From assembly GCA_934120265.1 (NCBI GenBank), contig CAKOTU010000002.1, forward strand, positions 40,905-104,904: 64,000 nt of DNA. The letters are read 5' to 3'. The notes beneath the pieces are model-generated. The model did not search any database. It saw only the letters and a program-made list of their open reading frames with translations, and was not told the origin of the DNA. This DNA is from an uncultured Bacilli bacterium. GTDB taxonomy: Bacteria > Bacillota_I > Bacilli_A > RF39 > UBA660. The first letter of the stretch is position 1. Every line of letters begins with the position of its first letter. The position numbers and the translations under genes were made by a program. Positions 50,374 to 60,037 of this stretch are shown here, piece by piece.

Positions 50374-51726
50374 GTGGATATTAATACTATTTGGAACCTT
50401 TTTTTAGAAAAAATAAAAGGGGAACTTGATCCTATACTTTATGAAACTTGGTTCATGGATACTAAATTAATAGAATTAAACAACAATACTGCTAAAATAT
50501 TAGTGCCAATGCAAGTACATAAAAAACACCTTAAAGAAAACTATAATAATCTTATAGAAGAAATTTTCACTGAAATTACTGGTAGTAATTTTAAATTTGA
50601 ATATCTATTAGAAGAAGAAATTGTTAAAAATGTTACTATTGATGTGGATAAAGTAGGGGTTCCATCAAATAATTTATTTGAATCTAATCTTGATCCTAAA
50701 TACACATTTGATAATTTTATTGTAGGTAACAGTAATAAATTTGCTAAGGCTACATCTTTAGCTGTTGCAGAACAACCTGGTTTTATGTATAATCCTTTAT
50801 TTATATATGGAAGTAGTGGATTAGGTAAAACTCATTTAATGCACGCTATTGGAAATTATATTGTGAAAAATAGTAATAAAAAAGTATTATATGTTACTAG
50901 TGAAAAGTTTGTGGATGATTTTCTTAATATATATAGGAAAAACAAAGAAGAAAATAACTTTGATGCGATAAACGAATTTAAGAATAAGTATAGAAATGTT
51001 GATGTGTTAATGATAGATGACATTCAATACTTAGAAATAGCAAGTAAAACACAGCAAGAATTCTTTAATACTTTTAATGAATTACATTGTAATAATAAAC
51101 AAATCATTATTTCTTCCGATAGATCACCAGATGATTTAAAAAAATTAGAAGAAAGACTTAGAACTAGATTTAACTGGGGTTTAACGATAGATATTTTGCC
51201 ACCAGATTTCAAGTTAAGAATGGATATAATTGATAAAAAAATAGAGGCTAATGATGTATGCAATGATTTTCCTATGGAAGTTAAAGAATATATTGCTAGC
51301 AATTGTACTTCTGATATAAGAAAACTTGAAGGAGCTATTACAAGAGTATTCGCTTATGCAACTATTATGAATGGATCTGATATTACAATAGAATTAGCAA
51401 CAGAGGCTTTAAAAGACTATTTCGTTAAAAGCATTATATCAAAAAATAAAATTGAACAAGTACAACAGTTAATTGCCAATGCTTATAATATTTCTGTAGA
51501 AGATATAAAAAGTAAGAAAAGAATGTCAAGTATTTCTGTTCCTAGACAAATAGGTATGTATATATGTAGAACTTATCTTTCCGAATCTTTACCTAAAATA
51601 GGATTAGAATTTGGTGGAAAAGATCACACTACAGTAATGCATTCAGTAGATAAGATAAAAAAAGAGATTAAAACTAACAGTGAGTTAGAAGAACAAATTA
51701 ATAAAATAGTTAATCAAATAAAATAG
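50374..51726 (+). CDS. dnaA: Chromosomal replication initiator DnaA
   Basis: GTG start with RBS gtgaggtga. AAA+ Walker A GSSGLGKTHL, Walker B LMIDDIQ, C-terminal DNA-binding domain (RQIGMYICR...HTTV). Confidence 0.95.
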   Translation: MDINTIWNLFLEKIKGELDPILYETWFMDTKLIELNNNTAKILVPMQVHKKHLKENYNNLIEEIFTEITGSNFKFEYLLEEEIVKNVTIDVDKVGVPSNNLFESNLDPKYTFDNFIVGNSNKFAKATSLAVAEQPGFMYNPLFIYGSSGLGKTHLMHAIGNYIVKNSNKKVLYVTSEKFVDDFLNIYRKNKEENNFDAINEFKNKYRNVDVLMIDDIQYLEIASKTQQEFFNTFNELHCNNKQIIISSDRSPDDLKKLEERLRTRFNWGLTIDILPPDFKLRMDIIDKKIEANDVCNDFPMEVKEYIASNCTSDIRKLEGAITRVFAYATIMNGSDITIELATEALKDYFVKSIISKNKIEQVQQLIANAYNISVEDIKSKKRMSSISVPRQIGMYICRTYLSESLPKIGLEFGGKDHTTVMHSVDKIKKEIKTNSELEEQINKIVNQIK

Positions 51727-51870
51727 TGGTGGAAAAACAAATTTAAACAACATTTTTTCCACAATATAAAATTACTGTTTGTCCTTGAAAATAAAAGAAA
51801 AATGATAGTTTTATACATTTTACACACTAATAATAAAAATAACTATTATAAAAATAAAAATTATAGGGAG
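51727..51870. promoter_or_regulatory. dnaA-dnaN intergenic oriC segment: DnaA-box-like inverted pair plus AT-rich unwinding-element candidate
   Basis: gtggaaaaa (51729) and TTTTCCACA (51755-51763) form an inverted pair. Then ~90 nt that are >85% A/T. In Bacillus-type origins the DUE lies between dnaA and dnaN. Confidence 0.45.
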
Positions 51871-51878
51871 GTTTATTT

Positions 51879-53000
51879 ATGAAATTAAAAATTAAACAAA
51901 ATATATTAATGGAACATTTAAATTATGTTATTAAAGGAATATCAAATAAAAATTTAATACCTATATTAAACTGTATTAAATTTGAACTTACAAATGAAGG
52001 TTTATATTTATTAAGTACTGATAATGAAATTTCTATTAAAACTTTTATTAAAAAAGAAGATATTGAAAAAATAGATACTTTAGGAGATATTGTTGTTTCT
52101 GGTAGATATATATATGATATTATTAAAAAATTACCAAATGAAATAATAGATATAGAAGAAGTAATGGATTCAAAAATATTTATTAATACAACTAATTCAT
52201 CATTTAATTTAAATTGTAATTTAGTTAGTGATTTTCCTAGATTAGAATTAGAAGAGAGTAAAACACCAATTGTTTTAAACCAAAAAGTATTTAAAAATAT
52301 AATTAATCAAACTATTTTTGCTACGTCAACTCAAGAGTCTAGACCTGTATTAACTGGTATCAATTTAAAAATAACAGATGATATATTAGAATGTACAGCT
52401 ACAGATTCATATAGATTAGCTAGTAAAAAGATAAAATTATCCACAGCAATTAGTGAAAAAATTAATATTATTATTCCAACACGTAATTTAAATGAATTAT
52501 TAAAGTTACTTACTAATGATGAAGATGAAATTAAAATACATATATTTAATAATAAAATTATATTTATGTTTGATACAATTATATTTATGTCAAGACTTAT
52601 TAATGGTACTTATCCAGATGCTTCAAAATTAATACCTAATGAATTTACAGCAACATTAACAGTAAATCTAAAAGATTTATATAATTCTATAGATAGAGCG
52701 TCATTATTAACTAATGAAGCAGATAAGAATACTGTTAAATTAAATATAGAAAATGAACAAATTATATTAAAATCAAATATTCCTGAAATAGGTAATGTAG
52801 AAGAAAAATTAAGTATTATAGATTATGATAATAATAATATTAAAATAGCATTTAGTTCAAAATTTATGATGGATGCTTTAAAAGTAATGGAATGTGAGAA
52901 TGTTAAATTATTATTTAATGGTGAAGTAAAACCAATAATTATTAAAAATGCAGAAAATGATGATTTAATTCAATTAATATTACCAATAAGAACTTATTAA
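51879..53000 (+). CDS. dnaN: DNA polymerase III beta sliding clamp
   Basis: 373 aa, three-domain beta clamp, RBS agggagg. Conserved position after dnaA. Confidence 0.95.
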   Translation: MKLKIKQNILMEHLNYVIKGISNKNLIPILNCIKFELTNEGLYLLSTDNEISIKTFIKKEDIEKIDTLGDIVVSGRYIYDIIKKLPNEIIDIEEVMDSKIFINTTNSSFNLNCNLVSDFPRLELEESKTPIVLNQKVFKNIINQTIFATSTQESRPVLTGINLKITDDILECTATDSYRLASKKIKLSTAISEKINIIIPTRNLNELLKLLTNDEDEIKIHIFNNKIIFMFDTIIFMSRLINGTYPDASKLIPNEFTATLTVNLKDLYNSIDRASLLTNEADKNTVKLNIENEQIILKSNIPEIGNVEEKLSIIDYDNNNIKIAFSSKFMMDALKVMECENVKLLFNGEVKPIIIKNAENDDLIQLILPIRTY

Positions 53001-53005
53001 AAAGA

Positions 53006-53040
53006 GAGAAAAAATTGAAAAAAAGTACAATTTTTTCTTT
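53006..53040 (+). terminator. Terminator-like hairpin after dnaN
   Basis: agaaaaaattg-aaaaaaagtac-caattttttct inverted repeat followed by a T-run. Confidence 0.35.
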
Positions 53041-53046
53041 TTTTTG

Positions 53047-53126
53047 ACAAATTTCGACAAAAAATGACAAAAAAATAGAGTATAAGAAAGGAAATTTCCA
53101 ATTTTTGTGGAAATTTATAAGTAGAG
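53047..53126. promoter_or_regulatory. Repeat-rich control region upstream of the comK-like gene (three TGACAA/TCGACAA repeats plus a DnaA-box-like inverted repeat)
   Basis: TTGACAAATTTCGACAAAAAATGACAAAAAAA contains a Spo0A-box-like TTCGACA. AAATTTCCA-N7-TGGAAATTT is a perfect inverted repeat containing TGTGGAAAT. Confidence 0.35.
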
Positions 53127-53138
53127 GGAGGTGAATTT

Positions 53139-53588
53139 ATGTTAGAAAATTATGAAATAAATAGTGGTACATTAGCTGTTATACCAATAGATGAGTATAC
53201 ATCAAAAGTTATTGAGTTGGATAATGAGTATATTGTTAATAAACCATGTTTTGAAATAATTGATGATAGTTGTAATTATTATGGTAGTACATATCAAGGT
53301 AGATATGAAGGAACAAAAAATATGATAGGAATGAATTATAAATTACCAATCATAATAGAAGAGAGCAAAAATATAATATTTTTTCCTACAACATCTCCAA
53401 GACTAATTAATTGTTCTTGGGTTTCCTTAAATAATTTAAAAACTTATTTAAGAAATAATGAGGGATCTGATATAGTATTTAAAAATGATAGTATAGTTAA
53501 TTTTAGTATTTCAATTTTTTCATTAGAAAGTCAAATTTTACGTGCATCAAGATTGGAATCAATTTTAAGAAGTAGAAAAAATCAATAA
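53139..53588 (+). CDS. ComK-family protein (short, 149 aa) in the position usually occupied by yaaA
   Basis: YEINSGTLAVIPIDE...CFEIIDDSCNYYGSTYQGRYEGTK...LPIIIEESKNIIFFPTTSPR...CSWVSLNNLK aligns to B. subtilis ComK (YEVNGATIAVLPEE...SCRFFGSSYAGRKAGT...PPIMVDPSNQIFLFPTLSS...CGWISHVHVK). RBS gagggagg. Confidence 0.7.
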   Translation: MLENYEINSGTLAVIPIDEYTSKVIELDNEYIVNKPCFEIIDDSCNYYGSTYQGRYEGTKNMIGMNYKLPIIIEESKNIIFFPTTSPRLINCSWVSLNNLKTYLRNNEGSDIVFKNDSIVNFSISIFSLESQILRASRLESILRSRKNQ

Positions 53589-53595
53589 TTATAAA

Positions 53596-53623
53596 AAAAT
53601 AGGCAAAAAAGCCTATTTTTTTG
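53596..53623 (+). terminator. Intrinsic terminator after the comK-like gene
   Basis: aaaataggc-aaaaaa-gcctatttt followed by a T-run. Confidence 0.5.
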
Positions 53624-53729
53624 CTTTTTATTATCAAATTTATGATATAATATATATGATGTATAGGAATATTAAAAATATACTTTTTTTCTTCTACAGC
53701 CTTAAAAATATCAAAAACAGGGGTGTTAT

Positions 53730-54842
53730 ATGTATTTAAGTAATATAAAATTACATAATTTTAGAAATTATGAAAAATTAGTGTTAGATTTTACTCCTGG
53801 TATTAATATTATCTACGGAAATAATGCTCAAGGAAAAACAAATTTATTAGAATCTATATACTATTTATCTGTAACTAAATCACATCATTCTTTTTTAGAT
53901 AATAATTTAATAAAGAACGGGGAAGATAGTTTATTTGTTGAAGGAATTATTAAAGATAATGATTTAACCAATAAATATTCTATAGAATTAGTTAATCATA
54001 AGAAACTATTAAAAATAAATGATGATAAAATAAATAAAATTAGTGATTATATATCTAATATTAATACAATTTTCTTTTATCCCGATGATTTGAATTTGAT
54101 AAAAGGTAATCCTGAAGTAAGAAGAAGATATTTGAATATTCAATTAAGTCAGTTATCAAGTATATATTTTAAAAATATAAGTGACTATAATAAACTATTA
54201 AAAATAAGAAATGATTATTTGAAAAAATATGTCGATAGAATTGATTTTGATGAAAATTATTTTGATATAATAACAGATCATTTAATTGATAAAAGTATTT
54301 ATATATATAAAATGCGAAAAAAATATATTTCAAAAATCAATCAATATAGTAAACTTATAAGTAAAAAAATATATAATAACGATAATTATGAAGTTGTATA
54401 TAAGACAAATTTTGATCATTTAGATTTTAATGAGGTAGATATAAAATCTAAAATAAAAGAGGAATATAGAAAAAATTTATATAAAGATAAAAAGTATAAA
54501 ATCACATTATTAGGTCCTCAAAAAGATGATTTTGAATTTATATATGATGATAAAAATTTAAAATTGTATGGTTCACAAGGGCAACAACGTTTAGGAGTTT
54601 TAGTATTTAAATTGTCTGAAATAAATATCTTTAATGATTTTAAACAGACAAAGCCTATATTACTTTTAGACGATGTATTTAGTGAATTAGACAATAATAA
54701 AAAAAATAGTTTATTAAATTATATTAATAACGAGATTCAAACAATTATAACAACGACAGATTTATCAAATTTAGATGAAAATTTAATTAATACATCAAAT
54801 CTAATAAAGATAAATGGTGGCAAAATAGAAGAGGTGGAATGA
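53730..54842 (+). CDS. recF: DNA replication and repair protein RecF
   Basis: [15 protein letters not shown], Walker [13 protein letters not shown], signature and Walker B ([12 protein letters not shown]). Confidence 0.9.
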   Translation: MYLSNIKLHNFRNYEKLVLDFTPGINIIYGNNAQGKTNLLESIYYLSVTKSHHSFLDNNLIKNGEDSLFVEGIIKDNDLTNKYSIELVNHKKLLKINDDKINKISDYISNINTIFFYPDDLNLIKGNPEVRRRYLNIQLSQLSSIYFKNISDYNKLLKIRNDYLKKYVDRIDFDENYFDIITDHLIDKSIYIYKMRKKYISKINQYSKLISKKIYNNDNYEVVYKTNFDHLDFNEVDIKSKIKEEYRKNLYKDKKYKITLLGPQKDDFEFIYDDKNLKLYGSQGQQRLGVLVFKLSEINIFNDFKQTKPILLLDDVFSELDNNKKNSLLNYINNEIQTIITTTDLSNLDENLINTSNLIKINGGKIEEVE

Positions 54843-54843
54843 A

Positions 54844-56769
54844 ATGGAACAAAATAATCAACATTATGATGCATCTGATATTCAAGTATTGGAAGGTTTA
54901 GAAGCTGTTAGAAAACGTCCTGGTATGTACATAGGAACAACAGATGTAAAAGGGTTGCATCATTTAGTATGGGAAATAGTAGATAATTCTATAGATGAAG
55001 CTTTAGCTGGATATTGTAATAATATTGAAATAATAATTAATAAAGACAATTCTATTACAGTTAAGGATAATGGTAGAGGTATTCCTGTTGGAGTACATCC
55101 AAAAACAGGTCTATCCACAGTAGAAACAGTTTATACAGTTTTACACGCTGGTGGAAAGTTTGGAGGCGGAGGATATAAAGTATCTGGAGGTCTTCATGGA
55201 GTAGGTGCTAGTGTTGTTAATGCTTTATCTAAATGGGTAACAGTAACAGTCTATAAAGATTCAAAAATATATGAAGCAAAGTTTGCTGATGGTGGAAAAA
55301 TCATTCAAAAATTAACAGTTATAGGTGATTGTGATCCTAATAGAACAGGAACAACAGTTTCATTTAAACCAGATCCAGAAATTTTTGATACAGACATATA
55401 TGATTATGAAACATTAAAAACAAGAACAAGAGAATTAGCTTTTTTAAATAAGGGTTTAAGATTAATATTAAGAGATGATAGAGACGATGAAGACACAACT
55501 GGAGAAGTATTCCATTATGAAGGTGGAATCAGTGAATATGTAAGATATTTAAACAGAAATAAAACACCAATTCATGAACAAATAATTCACTTAGAAGGTG
55601 AAGATGATGGTGTTATGTTTGAAGTAGCTATGCAATATAATTCTGGTTATACTGATAGTATTTATTCATTTGTTAATAATATTAATACTCACGATGGTGG
55701 TACTCATGAGGAGGGAGTTAGAAGAGCTTTAACTCGTATAATAAATAATTATGCAAGAAAAAATAATTTTTTAAAGGAAAAAGATGATTCTTTAACTGGT
55801 GATGATGTTAAAGAAGGATTAACAATGATCGTTTCTTGTAAACATCCTAATCCACAATTTGAAGGCCAAACAAAGGGAAGATTAGGAAATTCTGAAGTAA
55901 GAAAACTTGCTGATAATGTTTTTTCTGCGGGATTTGAAAGATTTTTAATGGAAAATCCAGATGAAGCTAAATTAATAATAGAAAAAACAATGACAGCAGC
56001 ACGTGCTAGAGTAGCGGCAAAGAAAGCAAGAGAATTAACAAGAAGAAAAAGTGATCTAGATGTAGTTAATTTTGGTGGAAAATTAGTCGATTGTAAAGAT
56101 AAAGATCCTAAAATATGCGAAATATTTTTAGTCGAGGGAGATTCGGCTGGAGGATCTGCTATTAAAGGTAGAAATTCAATGACTCAAGCTATTTTACCGT
56201 TAAGAGGTAAAATACTTAATGTAGAAAAAGCTAGATTAGATAGAGCTTTATCAAATGAAGAAATTAGAACAATTATAACAGCTTTTGGAACAGGTATAGG
56301 AAATGAATTTGATTTAAGTAAATTAAGATATCATAAAATAATAATCATGACCGATGCCGATGTTGATGGATCACATATTAGAGTTTTATTATTAACATTA
56401 TTCTACAGATTCTTTAGACCAATAGTAGAAGCAGGACATGTGTATGCAGCTCAACCACCATTATTTTGTATAAAGCATGGTAAAACAATTAAATATGTTT
56501 TAAATGAAGAAGAAAGAGATTCTTATCTAGCTTCATTAAATCCTAATACAAAATATGATATAGCTCGTATGAAAGGTTTAGGAGAAATGGATGCAGAAGA
56601 ATTAAATGAAACAACAATGGATATAAATACAAGAATACTAAGAAAAATAACTGTAGATGATTTAATAGCTGCAGATGAAGTATTCTCTAAATTAATGGGT
56701 GATGAAGTAGAACCAAGAAGAGAATTTATAGAAGAAAATGCAGTATATGTAGAAAATTTGGATATTTAG
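54844..56769 (+). CDS. gyrB: DNA gyrase subunit B
   Basis: GHKL ATPase ([15 protein letters not shown]), TOPRIM ([12 protein letters not shown]), QRK loop. Starts 1 nt after the recF stop. Confidence 0.95.
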   Translation: MEQNNQHYDASDIQVLEGLEAVRKRPGMYIGTTDVKGLHHLVWEIVDNSIDEALAGYCNNIEIIINKDNSITVKDNGRGIPVGVHPKTGLSTVETVYTVLHAGGKFGGGGYKVSGGLHGVGASVVNALSKWVTVTVYKDSKIYEAKFADGGKIIQKLTVIGDCDPNRTGTTVSFKPDPEIFDTDIYDYETLKTRTRELAFLNKGLRLILRDDRDDEDTTGEVFHYEGGISEYVRYLNRNKTPIHEQIIHLEGEDDGVMFEVAMQYNSGYTDSIYSFVNNINTHDGGTHEEGVRRALTRIINNYARKNNFLKEKDDSLTGDDVKEGLTMIVSCKHPNPQFEGQTKGRLGNSEVRKLADNVFSAGFERFLMENPDEAKLIIEKTMTAARARVAAKKARELTRRKSDLDVVNFGGKLVDCKDKDPKICEIFLVEGDSAGGSAIKGRNSMTQAILPLRGKILNVEKARLDRALSNEEIRTIITAFGTGIGNEFDLSKLRYHKIIIMTDADVDGSHIRVLLLTLFYRFFRPIVEAGHVYAAQPPLFCIKHGKTIKYVLNEEERDSYLASLNPNTKYDIARMKGLGEMDAEELNETTMDINTRILRKITVDDLIAADEVFSKLMGDEVEPRREFIEENAVYVENLDI

Positions 56770-56781
56770 GAGGTGTAATAT

Positions 56782-59241
56782 ATGGATCATAGTAGAGATA
56801 GATTAGAAGAAAATAACATAGTAGAAGAGGTAAAATCATCATTTTTAGAGTATTCTATGAGTGTAATAGTATCACGTGCTTTACCAGATTTACGTGATGG
56901 TTTAAAGCCAGTTCATCGTAGAATTTTATGGTCAATGTATGAATCTGGATATACACCAGATAAACCTCATAAAAAATCAGCTCGTATAGTTGGAGATGTA
57001 ATGGGAAAATATCACCCACATGGAGATTCTTCAATATATGAAGCAATGGTAAGAATGGCTCAAGACTTTAATTATCGTCATATGTTAGTAGATGGGCATG
57101 GTAACTTTGGTAATATTGAGGGTTATGGTGCAGCAGCAATGCGTTATACCGAATCTAGATTATCAAAAATATCATTGGAATTATTAAGAGATATTAATAA
57201 AGATACTGTTAATTTTATTCCAAACTTTGATGAATCTGAAAAAGAACCATCAATTTTACCATCAAGATTTCCAAATATATTAGTTAATGGAACAATGGGT
57301 ATTGCTGTAGGTATGGCAACTAATATTCCACCACATAACTTGGGAGAAGTAATAGATGGATGTATTGCTTATATTGATAATCCGGATATTGATACTTTAG
57401 GTTTGATGGAATATATAAAAGGACCAGATTTTCCTACTGGGGGCATAATTTTAGGTAATAGCGGTATTAAAAAGGCCTATGAAACAGGTCGTGGTACTAT
57501 TACTATAAGAAGTAAGGCTACTATAGAAGAAAAAGATGGTAAAAATTATATAGTAATTGATGAAGTTCCATATGGTGTTAACACAATGGAATTAAAAAAC
57601 AAAGTTGCAGAATTAGTACATAATAAAACAATAGATGGTATTTCTGATTATCATACTGACTTAAAAGATGGTATTAAAATAACTATTACATTAAAAAGAG
57701 ATGCAAATCCACAAGTTGTTTTAAATAATTTATATAAACATACTCAATTTCAAACAAATTATGGAATTATATTCTTGATGCTTGATAATGGTGTACCAAA
57801 AACGCTTGGACTTAAAGATATCATAACTAAATATATTGATTATCAAAAAGAAATTATTATAAGACGAACAAGATTTGATTTGAATAAATGTGAAGCGAGA
57901 GTTCATATTTTAGAAGGTTTAAAAGTAGCTCTAGATAATATTGATGAAGTTATTAAGATAATTAAAGCTTCAAAGACAGATGACATAGCTAAAGAACAGT
58001 TAATGTCTAAATTTCCTTTAGATGAAATTCAATGTGAAGCTATTTTGGAAATGAAGTTAAGAAGATTAACTGGTCTAGAAAAAGATAAGATTGAAAATGA
58101 ATTAAATGATTTATTAGAACGTATTAAGGAATTAAAAGCAATTTTAGGCTCTGAACAAAAAGTTTTAGATATAATTAAGTTAGAATTAACTGAAATTAAA
58201 AACAAATATAGCGATGATAGAAGAACAAAAATTGATATGTCAGCAATAGATTATATAGAAGATGAATCATTAATTCCAGTTGAAGATATTGTAATTACTT
58301 TAACTAACAAAGGATATATCAAACGTGTATTAAGCGATAATTTTAAATCTCAAAATAGAGGTGGAGTCGGAATTAAAGGAATGTCTACAAATGAAGAAGA
58401 CTTTGTACAATATTTACTTTCTATGACAACCCATGATTATATATTATTCTTTACAAATAAGGGAAAAGTATATAGATTAAAGGGCTATGAAATTCCTTTG
58501 TTTAATAGGCAATCAAAGGGAATTCCAATAATTAATTTATTACCAATAGAAAAAGAAGAGGTTGTTAAAGCTATGTTAAAGATAGAAAATAACGACGAAT
58601 CTAAATATATTGTATTTTGTACACAAACTGGTTTAGTTAAGAGAACTAAACTTGAAGAATTTGATAGTATTAGATCAAATGGTAAATTTGCAATAACTCT
58701 AAGAGAAGATGATGAATTACTTGATGTTAAAAAAACTACTGGAGACAACCAAATATTAATTGCATCTTCAAATGGAAGAATGATAAGATTTAAAGAAGAT
58801 GAAATTAGAGTTATGGGTAGAAGTGCTGCTGGTGTTAAAGGAATTGAAGTAGATGATGGCAAAGCAGTAGGATGTGAAGTTTCTGAACCAAATAAAAATG
58901 TATTAATAGTAACAGAAAATGGTTATGGAAAGAAAACTAATATAGATGAATATAGAATGACACATCGTGGTAGTAAAGGTGTAAAAGCATTAAATATAAC
59001 AGAAAAAAACGGTAATATAGTTGCTTTCAGGATGGTTGATGGTGATGAAGATCTAATGATTGTTACTAATTCTGGAATAATTATACGTTTAAATTTAATA
59101 CAAGTATCTAATACAGGTAGAGTAGCTCAAGGTGTAAGATTAATAAATTTAAAAGATAACCAAAAGGTTGGAAATATATCAATATTAAAAAAAGAAGATA
59201 GTGATGAAAGCGAAGATGCTACTGAACAAATAATTGAATAA
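56782..59241 (+). CDS. gyrA: DNA gyrase subunit A
   Basis: Active-site region with YHPHGD (QRDR), AAMRYTE catalytic Tyr, C-terminal beta-pinwheel repeats, acidic tail. Confidence 0.95.
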   Translation: MDHSRDRLEENNIVEEVKSSFLEYSMSVIVSRALPDLRDGLKPVHRRILWSMYESGYTPDKPHKKSARIVGDVMGKYHPHGDSSIYEAMVRMAQDFNYRHMLVDGHGNFGNIEGYGAAAMRYTESRLSKISLELLRDINKDTVNFIPNFDESEKEPSILPSRFPNILVNGTMGIAVGMATNIPPHNLGEVIDGCIAYIDNPDIDTLGLMEYIKGPDFPTGGIILGNSGIKKAYETGRGTITIRSKATIEEKDGKNYIVIDEVPYGVNTMELKNKVAELVHNKTIDGISDYHTDLKDGIKITITLKRDANPQVVLNNLYKHTQFQTNYGIIFLMLDNGVPKTLGLKDIITKYIDYQKEIIIRRTRFDLNKCEARVHILEGLKVALDNIDEVIKIIKASKTDDIAKEQLMSKFPLDEIQCEAILEMKLRRLTGLEKDKIENELNDLLERIKELKAILGSEQKVLDIIKLELTEIKNKYSDDRRTKIDMSAIDYIEDESLIPVEDIVITLTNKGYIKRVLSDNFKSQNRGGVGIKGMSTNEEDFVQYLLSMTTHDYILFFTNKGKVYRLKGYEIPLFNRQSKGIPIINLLPIEKEEVVKAMLKIENNDESKYIVFCTQTGLVKRTKLEEFDSIRSNGKFAITLREDDELLDVKKTTGDNQILIASSNGRMIRFKEDEIRVMGRSAAGVKGIEVDDGKAVGCEVSEPNKNVLIVTENGYGKKTNIDEYRMTHRGSKGVKALNITEKNGNIVAFRMVDGDEDLMIVTNSGIIIRLNLIQVSNTGRVAQGVRLINLKDNQKVGNISILKKEDSDESEDATEQIIE

Positions 59242-59249
59242 TAAAAGAA

Positions 59250-59265
59250 TGTTTCACGTGAAACA
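59250..59265. promoter_or_regulatory. parS site 1 (TGTTTCACGTGAAACA, perfect palindrome) embedded in the gyrA terminator hairpin
   Basis: Exact match to the palindromic parS consensus tGTTtCACGTGAAACa. Flanked by aagaa/ttctt extending the stem and followed by tttt. Confidence 0.75.
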
Positions 59266-59283
59266 TTCTTTTTCTATAGGACT

Positions 59284-59297
59284 ATTTCCCGGGAAAT
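59284..59297. promoter_or_regulatory. Noc-binding site (NBS), exact consensus ATTTCCCGGGAAAT
   Basis: Perfect 14-bp palindrome identical to the B. subtilis NBS. Lies between parS1 and parS2. Confidence 0.6.
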
Positions 59298-59320
59298 AAA
59301 TTTTTATAAATTATTATGCA

Positions 59321-59336
59321 TGTTTCACGTGGAACA
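59321..59336. promoter_or_regulatory. parS site 2 (TGTTTCACGTGGAACA)
   Basis: Identical to the reverse complement of the B. subtilis parS consensus TGTTCCACGTGAAACA. Confidence 0.75.
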
Positions 59337-59380
59337 TATATGGTTATTTTTAATTTTATTATAAATTAGATTATATAATG

Positions 59381-59409
59381 TTGAAAAAATGTTAAAAATA
59401 TAATATATT
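59381..59409 (+). promoter_or_regulatory. Sigma-A-type promoter for the SRP RNA gene
   Basis: TTGAAA (59381-59386), 17-nt spacer, TATATT (59404-59409). Predicted start ~59415 coincides with the 5' arm of the SRP RNA helix. Confidence 0.45.
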
Positions 59410-59413
59410 ATTA

Positions 59414-59490
59414 GTGCACAACATTTATGTTTGAACCAGGTCAGAATTGGAAAATAGCAGCCTTAAGATCCTCTAAATGTGTGTGCTTTT
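59414..59490 (+). ncRNA. ffs: Signal recognition particle RNA, short (4.5S-like) form
   Basis: Single long hairpin (gtgcacaacattta...taaatgtgtgtgc) enclosing the conserved domain IV motif CCAGGTCAGAATTGGAAAATAGCAGCC (compare AGGUCAGGUCCGGAAGGAAGCAGCC). Followed by a ttttttt terminator. Conserved position upstream of tadA-dnaX as scr is in Bacillus. Confidence 0.6.
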
Positions 59491-59497
59491 TTTATGA

Positions 59498-59513
59498 TGT
59501 TTCACGTGAAACG
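59498..59513. promoter_or_regulatory. parS site 3 (TGTTTCACGTGAAACG, 1 mismatch)
   Basis: 15/16 match to the palindromic parS. Directly after the SRP RNA terminator. Confidence 0.65.
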
Positions 59514-59530
59514 TTGTAAAAATAAAATTA

Positions 59531-59546
59531 TGTTTCACGTGAAACA
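59531..59546. promoter_or_regulatory. parS site 4 (TGTTTCACGTGAAACA, perfect)
   Basis: Exact palindromic parS, 19 nt upstream of the tadA start. Confidence 0.75.
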
Positions 59547-59564
59547 TTGTAAGGGTGATAAAAA

Positions 59565-59984
59565 ATGAATGATTTTATGAATTTAGCTTTAAAACAGGCG
59601 TTAAAGGCATATAAAAAACAAGAAGTACCCATAGGTACTGTTATTGTTAAGAATGGAAAAATAGTATCCAAAGCTTATAATAAAAAAGAAAATAAAAAAA
59701 TGACTACTAAACATGCTGAAATTATAGCTATAGAAAAAGCGTGTAAAAAATTAAAAACATGGCATTTAGATGGATGTGAAATATATACAACGATGGAGCC
59801 CTGCTTAATGTGCTATGGTGCAATAGAACAATCGCGAATAAGAAAGATTAATTATGGATTAAAAAATATGAATTTCGGATTTAAAAGCAAATATAATATA
59901 GAATCAAAGTTAGAAATTTGTGAATGTAAAATATCAGATGAATATATTGACTGTATAAAATCTTTTTTTAAAGAAAAGAGGTAA
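59565..59984 (+). CDS. tadA: tRNA-specific adenosine deaminase
   Basis: CDA fold motifs HAE and PCLMC. 139 aa. RBS aagggtga. Confidence 0.85.
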   Translation: MNDFMNLALKQALKAYKKQEVPIGTVIVKNGKIVSKAYNKKENKKMTTKHAEIIAIEKACKKLKTWHLDGCEIYTTMEPCLMCYGAIEQSRIRKINYGLKNMNFGFKSKYNIESKLEICECKISDEYIDCIKSFFKEKR

Positions 59985-60037
59985 AATAATTAAAAAATAA
60001 TATTCAAAATGATATAATAAAACAAGAGGTGATTAAT

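Noticed and set aside
59250-59546. Repeated ~16-18-bp palindromes atgtttcacgtgaaacat considered as a mini CRISPR array, LexA/Cheo boxes or cre sites
   Set aside because: The units are self-palindromic, 16 bp, irregularly spaced, with no cas genes. The sequence matches the parS consensus exactly, not GAAC-N4-GTTC (LexA) or TGWAANCGNTNWCA (cre).
60029-60037. GTG/TTG extended starts for dnaX (60029) and holB (62861)
   Set aside because: Both alternative starts fall within the purine-rich RBS of the canonical ATG starts (60038, 62882), which match conserved protein N-termini.
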